From positions 24,924,001-24,988,000 of the forward strand of contig NC_043016.1 of assembly GCF_006345805.1 (NCBI RefSeq): a DNA stretch of 64,000 nucleotides. Direction: 5' to 3'. This document shows positions 62,712 through 64,000 of the stretch, piece after piece. Numbering within the stretch: position 1 is the stretch's first letter; each line of letters starts with the position of its first letter. The stretch comes from Octopus sinensis. Lineage: Eukaryota. A program made the position numbers and the translations under genes. Under the pieces are notes generated by a model that did not search any database, was not told where the DNA came from, and was given only the letters and a program-made list of their open reading frames with translations.

Positions 62712-63105
62712 GCACAGGAGTGGCTGTGTGGTAAGTAGCTTGCTTACCAACCACATGGTCCTGGGTTCAGTCCCACTGTGTGGCACCTTAGGCAAGTGTC
62801 TTCTACAATAGCCTCAGACTGACCAAAGCCTTGTGAGTGGATTTGATAGATGGAAACTGAAAGAAGCCCATCGTATACATATAAATATATATATGTACAT
62901 GTGTGTATATGTTTGCCCCCCGCCAACATCGCTTGACAACCGATGCTGGTGTGTTTACGTCCCCGTAACTTAGTGGTTCAGCAAAAGAAACCGATTGAAT
63001 AAGTACTAGGCTTACAAAGAATAAGTCCTGGGGTAGATTTGCTCAACTAAAGGCGGTGCTCCAGCATAGTTACGATCGAATGACTGAAACAAGTAAAAGA
63101 GTAAA
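62712..63105 (+). mobile_element. SINE family a
   Basis: Full-length family match. Confidence 0.9.
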
Positions 63106-63272
63106 GTCATCAATTTCAGGAAATGGAGTAAGTCAGTTACATCACTTCTAGTGCTCAACTGTTACTTGCCGCCTTGGATGGGTATGTAGTATTAGTGTGC
63201 ATGAACAACAGGACCAAAGGAGGTGAGAATAAAACTAAGTATATGAGAAATGATGTGGAGGAGAAATGATGT

Positions 63273-63564
63273 GGAGGCGCAATGGCCCAGTGGTTAGGGC
63301 AGCGGACTCGCGGTCGTAGGATCGCAGTTTCGATTCCCAGGCCGGGCGTTGTGAGTGTTTATCGAGCGAAAGCACCTAAAGTTACACGAGGCTCCAGCAG
63401 GGGGTGGTGGCAATCCCTGCTGTACTATTTCGTCACAACTTTCTCTCACTCTTTCTTCTGTCGGCCTGCTCGCTTAGCCAGCGGGGTGGCGTCATTTGAA
63501 GGCTAAAACAGTGCGAAGCACATTGTGACCGGTGATGTGTAGCAACATCTGATAGCCTGGTCGG
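63273..63564 (+). mobile_element. tRNA(Arg)-like SINE family c, young copy
   Basis: Head GGAGGCGCAATGGCCCAGTGGTTAGGGCAGCGGACTCGCGGTCGTAGGATCGCAGTTTCGATTCCC with box A/B and a TCG anticodon-like loop, followed by a non-tRNA body. Confidence 0.85.
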
Positions 63565-64000
63565 ATGTTGCTTGCTTGTTGCTATGAGAAATCATATGTA
63601 ATATGAGATGGGAGAGAGAGATAGAGACTGTCTTGATATGAACATGTAATTTATTTATAGTTGATAACAGATGAGTAGAGAGATATCAGAAGATCCAACT
63701 GGGAAAAAAGATTGAGGAAAAACAAGGGCAGAAGATGATGGTGAAAGTTGATCTCATGATGCTGAACCTCACAGAGGAGATGACAAAAGAAAGCAACACA
63801 TTGAAAAATGTGGTGGAGAAGATCTGTCCAATCCATGCTTGCGTAGAAAAGTGAATGTTAAAAATGATATTAATAATAATAAAGATGTCTTCAGTTTTGG
63901 GACTAAGTGAATCTGACGAGAATGTAAAACATCAATAAAACAGTCAAATATAACAGTGAGATTAGAGATGGATTCTTTTTATTTTTTTCTAAATCCTTGA

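Noticed and set aside
63273-63345. tRNA-Arg gene
   Set aside because: The acceptor stem is not closed, the sequence continues into a SINE body, and a second copy lies at 29030-29262.
63670-63910. Possible exon or ORF start (MSREISEDPTGKK...)
   Set aside because: In-frame stops and no motif; it could be a decayed retroelement N-terminus but this is unsupported.

Overview
AT-rich, microsatellite-dense animal genomic DNA, most likely from an octopus. That assignment is an inference from the tRNA-derived SINE families, RTE LINEs with (GAT)n tails and a mollusc-type 5S sequence. There is one 100-N assembly gap (11328-11427). I found no intact host protein-coding gene or convincing exon; almost all ORF-track entries are microsatellite artefacts or transposon remnants. 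Transposons recognised: two large and several small RTE LINEs, a HERO-like and an R4/NeSL-like restriction-endonuclease LINE, a CR1 3' end, Tc1 (DD34E), maT (DD37D), a full-length mariner (DD34D) nested in a Tigger/pogo fossil, Helentron-type HINE elements, a Gypsy integrase fragment, hAT-type and fold-back MITEs, over 30 SINE copies and a dispersed 5S rRNA copy. The strongest unexpected signal is about 16 hammerhead-ribozyme-like motifs (CUGANGA...GAAA with a short, mostly palindromic stem III). They fall into several unrelated short repeat families, probably derived from Penelope-like elements. Many have long rod-like stem II extensions and sit in fold-back units whose inverted arm is complementary to the ribozyme itself. 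All folds and translations were done by eye; repeat boundaries are approximate except where exact termini are quoted.
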